Assembly: GCA_016748015.1 (NCBI GenBank)
Contig: JAAOMT010000200.1
Location: 901,502 to 965,501, forward strand
Direction: 5' to 3'
Length of the DNA stretch: 64,000 nucleotides
Source of the DNA: Geosiphon pyriformis uo1
Taxonomy: Eukaryota; Fungi; Glomeromycota
Positions 12,300 through 25,585 of the stretch are shown here, piece after piece (the stretch's first letter is position 1; the number at the start of each line of letters is the position of its first letter). The position numbers and the translations under genes are program-made. The notes under the pieces are model-generated. The model was not told where the DNA came from. It searched no databases and worked only from the letters and a program-made list of their open reading frames with translations.

Positions 12300-15200
12300 G
12301 GCTATATCAAGCCAGTTCGAGGTTTTAAGATAATTTCCTTATTAATATAAATTTTATTTTCATATATATTTACAAATGGTGTTTAAAAGGAAAATTTTAA
12401 ATCAGTCAATTACCTAAAATATATTAGCATTTTTTTATTTCTGTGATATTATTTTAGTCTGATAATTAAACACAAAAGACATCACATTTTAATTGTTATT
12501 GTTTTTTTAAAAATACAATTACAAATATTTATATTTATTACATTTAAAAAGATATAGAATTTAATTAATATTATTTGTATTAATTAAAAAACTATTTTAT
12601 ACTTTGCCAGAATTTAAATTTACAAAATTAATCTTTAAATATACATGTTTTTAAAAAAAGAAATTAACATCAAAAATACCAAACCATTTAATGCTGTAAT
12701 AATATATTACTATATAAGATTTTAAGAAATTGCTTAAAAATTCTGGGTTTTCAAACACAAAAAAAGAATAATATTTGTTAATAAGAAATAAAATTATTTT
12801 AGAACAAATAAAGTCTATTTTAAGTTAAAATTGCTTATGTTTGTATAGTTACAAATTATGTATATATATATAATAATTTTTAATTTAAAAAATATATATT
12901 TAATAATTTTATTTATTTAAAATATTAATTTATTATTTTATTATTTTAATAACATAATTAATATTAAAATAACAATTTTTTCTTGCTTAAAAACACTAAT
13001 TTATTATATTAACAGCTGAGATTATTACATTATAAAAACAAATTGGACAATTAATTTACTAAACCTAATATTATAAACAAAACTTTAAATTAGCAATTAG
13101 TCAACTAACAAAATTCACTTTATAATAATTGGAAAAAAATTGGTTGCTGACTTAATTTTGTTAATGTTTGGCAATAAAAATAATACTAAAACTGTTTTTA
13201 GTAAAAAATTTTAATAACAATTTTACAATAGAGCTAATATTTAATTACCAGTTTATTGCCAAAAAAAAATTAAAGTTGTTGCTTTTTTAAAATAAATATG
13301 TGTTTGATTTCGAAAATTTTTAAATTAATTGGTAAAAAATCAAAATTTATTATATTTTTTAATAGTGTTTTTTAATGATAAATAATCAAAGTTAATTGAT
13401 TTAAATTTTTAAAACTAAATACTTATAATTATATTTTATGTCAAAATTTTTTGATCTACAGTATAGTATTAATTAATATTAATATTTTTATTTATCATAT
13501 GTTAATTTGTTATTTAATTCACCTTTTTATTTTGAACTTAATTGTTAACATAAAAATTAATTAGGTTTGATTTAATTTCTTATTAAATTTATAGATAAAA
13601 GCTCTAGAGAAACATAAATAAAATATTTTATAACAAACTTATTTTCAGATTAAATGAGATTTTTTTTATATAATTTATTAAAAAATAATAATAATAAAAA
13701 CTTGTATCAAAAGATATTATATATGTTAAATATAAGATAGAATTGTATTTATAGTATGATTTTATTAGTATTTTAATAGAATTCAAATCTTTAGAAATTA
13801 ATTATTATTATTTTGCTAAAGGTATAGCCCAACCATAATGATCTCTTACGATACTATATCATACATTAGACTTTGATTGCGCGTGACAGTTTGTTATTTT
13901 TGCTAAAATTAATATATTCTTTTTTGTTAAATTTTTATTTTATTATTATTTTTTTAAAAACAATTAAATTTCTTGATGTATAAAAAAATAAGCTTTTTAT
14001 TATTGAAATCAAAATTTTAATACACAGCATAAAAAAAATTTTTAAAACTTTAAAAAATTTGTTCAATGAAATTGTTACCTCGTTAAAACACAAAATATTA
14101 TTTAAAAAATAAAAAACTTTGTTTGTAATCTGTAAAAAACAAATGTTATTTGTTACTAATTCCAAAAAATACCAATTAAAGCATAAAATTACAATAATTA
14201 TATAACTTTTTATTAACTACTTTATATTTTTAAAATTTTTTGGTAATCAACAATGTTTTTTTTAGTTAATTATTCTTATTTATATATTAATATATTTTTT
14301 ATTTATATTAATTATATAACTCTTTTAATAATAATTTTTTAATTAAAACAATAATATTTATTGTTTTTTTATTTTACTTAAATATTGCTATTTATAATAA
14401 TTTAATTAGATTACTTAATATTTATTTATTTTTTCAAAAACAGAATTTTTATAAATATAAAAACAATAAAAGATTTTAATTTGCAATAAATATATATTTT
14501 TTTAATATGATATATTAATAATTATTTTATTATTTATAAATAAAATGCAAAATATATTAAATATAATTAATTTAAATTGAGTTTTTTTAAATAGAAAACA
14601 ATTTAAACCAAACCAAAAATATTAAAATTAAACTCATACAGTAAATATGTGATTTAATGTTTCTGAATTTATAAATTTTTATTAAAAATAAGTAATAAAA
14701 CTATTTAATCAAAAATACATTTTTTAAAAAAAATTTATTAATCAATACTATATTACAAAAATATAGAAAATTTATTTTAATTTAAATACAATAATAATGT
14801 AATATATAAAATTTGATAACAAATTCTGAACAAAATTGTTGAAAATTACTTGAAAATATTGTTATTATAAGTTAAATATTAAAAAAAATAACAAATTAAT
14901 GTTAATTTCTATTAAATAGGTTTTTATATCAAAAGTAACATTTTTAAAAATTTAATATCAAATATCAGTTGTACTTTTTAGTAAACATTTATTTAATATA
15001 CTTCACAAAAACTAACAATTATACAAATTAAAATAATAATAATAATAATAAAATAAAATATTTAATATTATTATATTAATTTGAGTGTAAATTTAAATAT
15101 AAATGATCTTTTTATAACTTTAAAAAGTCTTGCTTATATATTTTTAAAAATAGAATGGTTAATTAATAATATTAGTGGTTAATACATATGATTATTTATG

Positions 15201-16300
15201 ACTAAGTAAATAAATAAAAATTATAAAGTAAAAAATTCATCTGTAACAATATAAATATTTAAATATATATTCAAATTTGCTTTATTTTTTGATTTTAATT
15301 ATTGTTAAAAATATTTATTATTATGTTCAAGTTTAAAAAATTATAATTGTTAAAGCTAATATTTAAAATAATTGTATTTGGTAAAAAACTTTTAAATATT
15401 AATATAATTATAAATATTAAAGTAAAAATTATTTGGTTTTTAATGCAAAATTACTTTTTTTGATTTCTTAAATTTATTGAAATTTTAGTTGCTCAAAATA
15501 TTCTTTCACTGGTTATTAAGCTTAAATCTTTTGTAAAAATAAAAAACAATTTTTTTTTGGAAATTCAAATACAAAACTTTAATAATATTATTAATATACT
15601 AATAAATAAATAATAATGAACCATTAATAAATAATGTATATTTAGATAATTAATAATTCTATACAAATTTGTAAACTTCTAAAATTAAATTTAGCAAAAA
15701 AATACAAGAATCTAAATAAAAAAATTTGATTAATAATAAAATTCAAAATTATTTTATTAATAAATATGCAAAAAGACATTTTATAATTTATAATAATATA
15801 TAGCATACATACATATTTTATAAATTTTTAAAATTTAGAGGTATTTATTAATTTCCATGTAAAATTAATATAATCCAAAAAGGATTATATATATTTTAAA
15901 TAAATTTATTTTAAATATTAAAAACAGGTGAAAACCCAAATACAACAATTTCATATGTAATAATTTTATAAAAATCTTAAAATACATCACAATTATAATA
16001 TATTCGTTATAGTATGAATAAAATATTTAATAAAATAATTTCTTTAAAAACTTTTGTAATATGTTTTTTATTGGATAGAAATTATTTTATTTTTATGATA
16101 TTATGCAAGTAAATTGAAAAAGTTTTTAAAATTAAACCTGTAAAATTTGAATTATAATTATATAAAAAACAAATAAAAAATAGATTAAAATGTTCTTCAA
16201 AATAGTTATTTTTTCAAAAAAAGTTTTCTTATACCAGTATCGAGCTTTTTGCATCAAAGCATACTATAATTAAAGATATCAAATATATATGTACGAAAAT
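12300..16300. repeat. Extremely AT-rich decayed repeat block; similar blocks at ~17950-21700, ~26900-32400 and ~39600-45650
   Basis: No credible ORFs. Segments are shared between blocks: 14960-15220 with 30120-30450 (direct), 15250-15345 with 40975-41065 (inverted), and 19550-19605 with 43520-43580. Confidence 0.7.
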
Positions 16301-16338
16301 TTATAATAAAATAAAAAAAGAGCAATATATGATATTGA

Positions 16339-17655
16339 TCAGGATCCCGAATTTATCACGCATATATTCCAATTACATGTGCGGCTAGCTCGGATGTTTT
16401 TCCTGAGATACAAGTTTTCCTCGTGAGTTTTGTTTAACACAATGAACAACATCCTTTTCAAACTCGAGAAGTCATGTTTTACGCCGCCCTCGTATTTATG
16501 ATATTTGACAATTGTCTTATAGAGGTATGAGCGGGAAAGGAAAGTCAGAACTAGGTCTGGTCTAACCTCATTAAGGAAGATAGAGTTTACAAGATGAACG
16601 GTAGCCGAAGTGACTTTGACGAAGGGAAAAGTAAATGTGTCATCCGCCCGTCTTTCGAGACCTATGCTCTTTAGATGCGAGTCAAATGAAGTGTACCAAT
16701 CGCTGTCAGTGCTGCGGCCATATTCATTGGGTGGTACATATTTTGGAGTTGCTACATATTTCGGAGTTGCTGGTGGATGAGGAACATATTCAAATATCGA
16801 ACGTCTAAATCCACTCGTTTTTTCCATGATGTCGGATCCAATTTCTTTTCGGAATGAAAAATGACAGAGAACCAACATTAGTTTTGGGGAGATGACGTAA
16901 AAAAAATGGTAGGGAAATTGAATTGGACCAAAAATCCCCAGGGATTTATTCACTCCTTCGAAGGTGCCAAATCCGTGGCTGGTCATTATAAACTCGTCAT
17001 TTTCACCGGCTTGCCAAATTACAAGAAAAGAATCATGCATGGACTGCTTGTAATCTTGTCTATCTACCCAAAAGATTCGCAAGCTGTCTTTGATCTCTTC
17101 ATGCGGGGTCTCTAGTATTTCACGGATATTCTGTAACCACACTTCTTGAGTCTTTTTTAACTTGTGCTCTCGCATAAAGTCTTTTACCATCGACGAAGTG
17201 AAAATATCAAACTTTTCATTGGAAAATTGGGACCATCGAAGAGGGTTTCGATAGGCCATGATAAAGAGGAACTTGCGTAGATTTTCAAGGTCTCTTCTAA
17301 CCAAAACGATCTGACTTTCCACTTGAGATGTCTTTATAATATCTCTAACCACTCTTGATGCTTTTTCTTCAAGTTTTGATAGTTTTTCTTCTACATGCAT
17401 CGCATCTTCATGATTAATATCTTTGTACATGTTATAGTATCCATAGGTTTTCGCGACTAAAGAGACGTCCAGTTTATCAATCGTTCTATCATAAATTCGG
17501 AGAAGTGCTTCTTCCTTATTCTTATTCCTAAATTTTTGTCTCTGTTTTTTCTCTTTGAATAGCTCTTCATTGCTCATAAATATCCTCTCATAATTATTAA
17601 TAGCAAAATTACGAAGAAGGAATCTTGGAATGTAGTGATGGTATTGATTTTGCAT
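16339..17655 (-). CDS. DUF4238-family protein, 438 aa, intronless
   Basis: N-terminal QYHHYIPRFLLRNF motif and internal EEKLSKLE / LRKFLFIM / EFIMTS motifs typical of DUF4238. The ORF is intact and has much higher GC than its flanks. Confidence 0.8.
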   Translation of the reverse strand: MQNQYHHYIPRFLLRNFAINNYERIFMSNEELFKEKKQRQKFRNKNKEEALLRIYDRTIDKLDVSLVAKTYGYYNMYKDINHEDAMHVEEKLSKLEEKASRVVRDIIKTSQVESQIVLVRRDLENLRKFLFIMAYRNPLRWSQFSNEKFDIFTSSMVKDFMREHKLKKTQEVWLQNIREILETPHEEIKDSLRIFWVDRQDYKQSMHDSFLVIWQAGENDEFIMTSHGFGTFEGVNKSLGIFGPIQFPYHFFYVISPKLMLVLCHFSFRKEIGSDIMEKTSGFRRSIFEYVPHPPATPKYVATPKYVPPNEYGRSTDSDWYTSFDSHLKSIGLERRADDTFTFPFVKVTSATVHLVNSIFLNEVRPDLVLTFLSRSYLYKTIVKYHKYEGGVKHDFSSLKRMLFIVLNKTHEENLYLRKNIRASRTCNWNICVINSGS

Positions 17656-20600
17656 TATAGTTTAAGTCTTAAAAGAGCACCCATAATTAGGTTTATATAG
17701 GCACAGGTATGCAAAATCATCTTTTCATTGTAAAATAAATATATCCACAAACTCATTTAGCCTAATGGATGTTATGATTCTTCGAACCCCTTCTTTTGGG
17801 GTGTAAAAACCCGCTTAATCGAGAAATTTTTCTTTAAAAACCTTTTCATTAACACCTGAATCAAATTATTGCCTTAAACAGTACTTAGCAAGATATAGAT
17901 GTTATACATGAAAATCGTTGCCGCCGTTAATGCCGTTGTTATCGTCATTATTTAAATATTATTGAAAATAAAGTTGTTAATGTCTTTGCTAGTTTGCAAA
18001 TAAATATTAAGGAATTTTTTTTTAAAAACATGTAAATAGCATTAAGTAATATTTTATATCTAGTTAAAATATTGTTTAACTTTTGTTAATTATGTTTAAT
18101 AGAAAGCTAATTGTATTGTTAAATACATAAATAATAAGTTGACAAGACATATTGATTAAAATAAAACTAGCTTAATATAGTATTCTAATAGTTTTATTAA
18201 GTTTAATACTATAAGCTAGAAGTTAGCCGGTTTTTATACATATGATCAGAAAGAAAATTATATAATTTGATATATTTTAATAAAAAATATATTAGATATA
18301 AGAAGAAAAAAGTATAAGATTATGTTTTTTTGTGTGTATAAGATTTTAATAAGAGACATCTAATTCTATAAAAACTTGTTTAAAGTTTTATAAATACTTT
18401 TTAATGTCTAATATTTGTATAATGCTAAGATTAATGGTAAAATATATATGTTTATTATTAAAATTTTGTTTTCAATAATTAATATAATAAATTTGTAAGA
18501 TTTTAAAGCTAATTGCTATTAAAGTTTTTTTTATTTAACGAGGGCGGCCCAACCACTATTAAAGTTATTGCAGTTTAATATGTAATTATTAAACTTTTAA
18601 TAAAACCAATAAAAAAGCAATACTATAAAATCTTAAAAAATTAGCAGTTTATAAAACCAAATTATTAATTTTAAAAATTGTATAACTAAAAATAATCAAC
18701 CAATTTAATTTTAAAAATTAATAACTTTTTTTAATTGGCAAAAAAATTTTGATATTATTTTTATTATCAAAATTAATTAATATAACAAAAGTAGCTTTAA
18801 CAGCTTTAAAAAACTTAAAATACAAAACAATATATTGTTATTAACTAATAAACTTTAGCTTTAATATTTACTAAAAACACTTAAAGCATTTTTAATTTTG
18901 TTAAAAAAGACATTCAAAAGAATATCTACAAAACTGCAGCAATAAAAACAGAAGTAAAATAAACATTACAAAATTTTTTACAATCTTACAAATATTAACA
19001 AATATAATTTGAATAGCAATATTTAAAATGACTTATAGTAAAATTTCATACAAAAAAGCTTAATATTGTCTTTTACAACCAATTTCAAACCAAAAAAAAA
19101 CATATAAAAACTAAAATAAAAATTATTTATCTAAAAAAATTTTAATAATTAGTAAATATTTTTTAGATATTATTAAGACCAATAGTATTTTCAGAAGACA
19201 AAAAAGAAAAATGCTTTAGTTTTTATTTAATTAATCTAATATTTAAAATCAAATAACTTAATAGATTAATTAATTAAAGTTATATGTAAAAGCATAACTT
19301 GTTTGCTTTTAAGACAGTAAATATTGACGAGAATTCAACATATTAAACAATTTAATTATGTGCTAATTAAAACCAGTTTTGGTAGATATGTAGATTAGAT
19401 ATCATAATCAGTACAAGTGTAACAAAATTAATATAAATACCAGTAAAACAAAATAAAGTTAATATCTTATTTTTCAGAAAAATTTTCGAATACTATTGTT
19501 GTATTTTTGTTAATTTTGCTTTTAATTACTAATTAAATTTCTATTAATTAAAAAGAAATTATTGTTTTAAAAAATATTTTTAAAACCAAATTAGTTAATT
19601 TTTTAATTTCCAAATTCTAATTGTTATAAAAAATACAATTTTAATTTATAAAACTTAATTTTATTGTTGTTAAAAATAATATGCTTAAAAAACTATATTT
19701 GATAAAAATATTTTAAGTTATTTAACTCAAAAATATTGTATTAATCTAATTTTTTAAATTTATTATATGATTTGGTAATTAGTATGTTATATTGTTTGAA
19801 AAAGCTTATATAGTAACTTTATTTATTGGTTATAAAAATACTTACAAGCATAGTTATGTATATTTTTATAATAATAGACAGATTTCAAAATGCTGTAAAT
19901 TTATTTTTATCATTTTTAAAATTTTTAAACTTAATTTATTTTAATATAATTACAGCTTACTGAATATAAAAAGATCTGTATTGAGCATTTAAAAGTTTTC
20001 AAGTTATAAAAATTAAGATAAAAAAATTTAATTGAAAAATTAATACAATTAAAAATTTTAATTTAATATAGTTAAAGCAAAATGTTTTAAATTATGGTCT
20101 GAATGCTTTTTTATTATAATATTTCATTTATTTTAACAAAAACAAGCTTATTAATTTCTTACTTGTAAATTAAATATAATAAAAATAGTTTGAAGTATTA
20201 ATCTTAAAAAAAACAGCTTTTTTTTAACAAAAAATAATAGTTGTTAAATTAAAAAATTGTAATTACATAGTTTTTTATAATTCAAACTTTTTTAAAACAA
20301 ATTTCAATTTTTAATCAAACAAATTGACTTTTGATTTAACTTAAAATTTATGGAATTTTAATTAATTTTACAAACAATATTCAAACAAACGAAAAGTCGT
20401 GTTTTTTTTAAAATAAAAATTTTAAACAAATATTTATTATTGTTTTTTTCAATTATTTTTACCAAAACTAAGTATTATATTTTTCAATTATATCATTTAG
20501 TGTAATTTTTTTAAAGTTTGCTAATTTCTTTATTAAATACTAATTATTTATTTGAAAATTCAATTTTATTTATTTTATAATATCATATCTATAAAACAAA

Positions 20601-21799
20601 TGAAGATATTTTATAATAAAAATTGATTTAATTTGATTTATTTTTTTTAATTAAAAATTTAAAAATAAATTTTGTATTTTAGATTTACGAGTAATTTTAC
20701 ACTTAAAATATAATAATAATAATTATAATAATAATAAATAATAGATTTGTTTTTGGATTAAAAATTTGAATAGTTACAAAATTTAATTAATTATAATGTT
20801 TTTTTTTTCGATAAAATTTGATAGAATTTTTACAAGATGATTTTATAACCATCTAAAAGAATACATTTTTATCAATCTAAACATAATAACCAATTAAGTA
20901 AGTAATATATATATATTTATTTTTTTATTAATTGGCTAAATTACATATATAACTAAAATTTTGAATTTTGAATTTTACAATGCTCTGTTAATTTTTAATA
21001 AATAATTTTTTTGTTACATAAAACTTTAATTAAAAATACAATTATTATTATTGAAATAATTTTTTATGGTTTTAAATATTTCAATAAAACATAAATTCTT
21101 AACTTTGTTTAACAGCTAAAATTCATAAATGAGTTTTACTAAAAAAAATTCAATTTAAAATAAATGTAACTTGTTTATTTATTTTATTTTTTTAATCAAT
21201 TGAATTAATGTGAAATTTATTTTGAAAAATAATGTTTTTTCTTTGCCAATTAATAATTAGATTCATTATAATTAATTGATGAAAATCAAGTAATACTGTT
21301 AATAATTATGTTTTCTTAATATATTTTTAATCTGAATTGACAAAAAAAATAATTACTATTAATTAATTTAATTGAAAAATTTCAAAAATATTTTATCAAA
21401 TATTACAATAAACTGCTTAAAAAATAAAATTTAAAAGCTGTAATTCAAATTTTTTGGTTAAATTATATTTATATTAAAATTGTTTCAAGAATTGATGTAT
21501 ATTTAATTAAACATTAAACAATAATAATAATAATATAATAATAAGCAGTGAGCTTGTTAAATTAGAAAATTATATTACTTTAATTTTTATTGCTTTTAAA
21601 AAAACCAGACTTGCTATTTGAATTATTATAAAAAATTTGAGCAAAAAGTATTTTTACTAAAAATAACTTAATGTAAGTATATTTATTTAATTTAATTTAT
21701 TACACCAAAATATATATAAATAAATAAATTTAGAAATGTTAATTCATATTACAAAAATAAACCGATTTAAAAATATTTTTGTGATAACTAGTAGATATT

Positions 21800-22830
21800 A
21801 GCAACTTTTTGAGAAGGCAAGATTTTAAGGAAAAGGAGAGTATTGAAGCTGGTAGTGATAACTCAAGGTTCATTTTCAAGTTTTTCCTCATTAGACCAAA
21901 CTTTCCATTGCCGAAAATTCTCCTCATTAAACCTAACTTTCCATGGCTTAAATTTTTTCTCATTATACCAAACTTTCCATGGCTGCAACATTCACAATAA
22001 CACGATTATTCTAGATGTTTGAAGGAGTCTTATTGCAAAGATTTAAAAAACGTCATTTAAAAAAATTAGCTTTAGTATTTGGGTGATAGACTCATGTGTA
22101 AAATGCATATGTTCGTAGTCCTCAATGAGTGAAAATAATTAAATATGGTATAATAAGGTGAAGGCAATAAGGCTTGCTTTTCTTAAAGAAAAGACAACTT
22201 GTGAAGCATCCATCTTGGTTAAAATACTGCGGTTATTGCTCGAATTCGTATGTTACATGTATGTTCAACCAGAAGTTTTACAATTTACGATAAAGGCTTT
22301 GATTAAGGGATTGAAATTTTTATTACAACGATCACTTTTGGGAGACACCAACATACCTATATTTGGTAAAAGGCAGTCAATTTTGATGGTTTTAGGCAAT
22401 AAGTATAGTTGAAGGTCGAGATTTATAGTGCAAATATCGTTTTAATTCCTTTTGCGCTATCGCTACGGGTAGAGTCTTCACAAATATCTGTGGCGAAGAT
22501 CAAAATTACTTGTTCAAATGCAGTGAAACCAAATTACTGCAACACTGTTAATCAATAACAAACATTTATGCAGCGATCCCGCATTGTGATTCCTTTAAGG
22601 TTTTTGGTTGGTAAGGCTGACAAATGGCTCTTACAATCAATGCTCACCTAGCGTATGTGAGAGTTTGCCCTCTTTCCAGAAAATTAGATTTTATTTTAGT
22701 TTTAGGCCACCAAAGAATTTTCATCTGATGGTTGATTCGCAGTATATGTCTGGTTCTAGAGTGTTCTTTTTTGACTAATTTTTGTTCTTGATTTATATTC
22801 ATTACTATAGCTTTTTCTAGCATCAAAATA
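21800..22830 (-). pseudogene. Decayed F-box-like gene of the expanded AMF type
   Basis: Minus-strand fragments HLSALPTKNLKGI..AGSLHKCLLLINS and FNYTYCLK resemble the LPxE..LxSCLLVN..PxFNY pattern. They are interrupted by stops and frameshifts. Confidence 0.4.
21878..21985 (-). repeat. Three-copy 36-bp tandem repeat (PWKVWYNEKKFK / PWKVRFNEENFR / QWKVWSNEEKL in one minus frame)
   Basis: The unit ccatggaaagtttggtataatgagaaaaaatttaag is repeated with substitutions. Confidence 0.75.
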
Positions 22831-23879
22831 ATAATTTATAAAGTTTCAACATGAATTGAAAGTACATATACCTGCCATTCATGAAAATCCATGATTTAAA
22901 AATTTATTTTAAACAAGACATCCAAACTGATTAATTTATGTTAATATTGGAGAATTGAAATTAAATGATCTTTTTTATACATTAAAATTATGATATATTA
23001 ATTATTGCAAAAAGCAAAAAAAAATTTGAGGTTAAATTTATATGAGTTAAATGTTATCAATAATTATATTTTAAAAATACTAGAAATTAATTGTGAAATC
23101 AAGAAAAAGCTTGACTTTAATAAATAATCATATTTAGATATGATACCAATTTTTTACTTTGATTTCACATTTAGTTTTGACAATTATCATGCCAATACTT
23201 TATTATTCGTGAAACAATTTCAAGAAGCAAAAAGATCAAGTAAAAGAAAAAGGAAACTTTAATTAACAAGCTTTTTATAGAAGATAATTGATTTTTTAAA
23301 ATAAAATTGAATAATTTGTGCAACTAATTCTAGAATTTGAACCTCCAATAACTTTTTTGAAGTGCGCCAATATTATAGAATTATTTGAAAACTATTAATA
23401 TATTTGAATAAAATTCCATTAAAAATGAAGAAAAAGATTTTGAACCAGCCTCATCACAAATGAAGAATTTGATTATAAATGATTTTTCTTTAGGTGAATA
23501 AATCAAAGAATTGAAGATCTACCATTTGTTTTCAGGGCTAAATGCAAATGGAACTAGAAAATTCGATCCATCAATTGAAACCCCTCGGAAAATTATTAAA
23601 GAATTATGGTAATAATAAAAAATCCCAAAAACTTATATTTTTATATTATTTTATTACTTAATTAAACTTATTATAGAGATAATTGTTTAAGTGGCTGGTA
23701 AATAAGGTTTAAGAATAATTTTGAAACCAACAATTTTTTAATCAGAAAGTTAATCAAATTCAAATGGTGAAAGAATTCCTTTGGAAAAACAGGTTGAATA
23801 CAGGTTTTTAAATATAAATTTTAATATAGAAACTCAAGATTTTTCGCTATCAAACCTATTTTTTTTACAATTTATTCAG

Positions 23880-23880
<1 letters not shown>

Positions 23881-23924
<44 letters not shown>
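23881..23924. repeat. (ATT)n microsatellite; a shorter one lies at 4014-4040
   Basis: Directly visible trinucleotide run. Confidence 0.95.
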
Positions 23925-25058
23925 GAGTGGCACTTAATTAAAATATGTGAGCATTTTTGCAACTGAATCATATGCCTATAAAATTTTTCTTGGAAAAAAT
24001 ATCTTGGAATTGGAGCGCAATTTTGTCCAAGTATCTTATTCTTTATAAAAATCTTAAAATTTTATTGGTGTTAAATATATATAAAGAGTTTTATTTTAAA
24101 TAAGAATTTAAGTGCGTTGTGATACATATCTTAAAATTGATTATAATTGATTATTTCGGAGCTACATTTTACCTTAAATTAGTCTCGGAAGCATTCATTA
24201 ATATTCTTTAATAAACTTATTTGGCTAAACAAAAATGTTCGTCATTTACTAATATAGCCTACACATGTGAATAAATCTTTTTTGTGACTTATTATTTTCC
24301 TTAATATTCATTTTTGAGTTTAATTTGTACAAAAATCCATAATATTGGAAGAAATGCTGATACAACCAACCAACCAACCAACCAAACCTTTTCAACTTGT
24401 ATTTTTCTAATCTGTAATTTACTTGATCTTTACAATAAAACAATATTCATACTTCCCAATTCAGTTTTGAATTATATGTTCGAATATAATATGAAAGAAA
24501 TGATTCGATTGGAAGAGCAGATATGGCAAAGAGGGAAACACGGATGATCCTGTATAAAATTAATAGATAAATACTTTTAGTGATCCCAAAAGAAAATCTA
24601 TGATCACATTCATCTAAACGTTGATAACAATTCGAGGTAACAATCTCCGAATTCTCCAAGCTATTTTTTAACTAGGATCGAATATTTGGGCGTAGGTTTT
24701 TAGAGAATAACATATAAAATATTAGTTAGCAGCAATTGAAATTTTTTTTCAATAATCTCTTCATGAGAAAATGATTACTAACCTTAAAAATGTAACATGA
24801 CTTGATCGCTTCATTGTTGAAACACTCCTAATAACCTAATAAGCTAACCGCCTCTACTGTAGTGTCACCAGCTTGTGGAACGTATGAAGAGCGTCATTAT
24901 TTAGTGCCTTAACATTTCCAATTATTGTTATCACAACATACACACCATACCTTCGTCTTTTTCGTGAATCAAAAGTATTGATATTTTTTGTCTTTATCAC
25001 AAACTAGTAGATCCCTCAATTTTTACATTAACATTCTAAAATTTAAGGGAACTAAAAT

Positions 25059-25585
25059 ATGTCATCAACCCCTCGAAAAAGACCCCGAGAAACTGCCACT
25101 CCTAACAATGAACCTATATCAAAAGAAAGTAAACACTGTGGTCATCCAAAGCATGAAACATACATTTCTACACTTAAGCAAACCAGTAAAAATCCAAAGC
25201 CTGGGTTAATTAATAGAAAATTGGTCAAAGTTCCAAAGAGAATGATTCTTGCGCTGGGCGTCAAGGAAGGAACGTTGATTTGCAGTCGTTGTGTAATCCA
25301 GACGGATAAGGATCCTCAGGTTTACAAAATTTTTTTTACGAAATATTAACATCAATTTTTTCAAAAAAAAATTATTATTATTTTAAAAAATTTATTCATT
25401 TATAATTTTGATTAATCGTTTTTTAATTTCAGTATCTCAAAAACCCAAAATATGTGTCTCAGAGAGTGCAAACACGTAAGAATGTTCTTTCCAGTTTGAA
25501 AATTGATATGAAAGATGATCCCAGAGATAGAAGGGAAACGAGAAGTTCCAGTGCAAAGGCATTGAATGGCAAAAAGAATCTTTGA
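25059..25585 (+). CDS. Small basic hypothetical protein, ~137 aa, with a CGHPKH...ICSRC putative Zn-binding motif; 2 exons (25059-25319, 25433-25585)
   Basis: The ORF has an NLS-like PRKRPR. A phase-0 GT donor at 25320 and a TTTCAG acceptor ending at 25432 give an in-frame second exon ending in TGA at 25583-25585. Confidence 0.55.

Noticed and set aside
13935-14165. Short I/L/F/K/N-rich ORFs in AT-rich blocks (also 23781, 29764, 31903, 41889, 43201)
   Set aside because: Their composition is what random AT-rich or microsatellite DNA produces.
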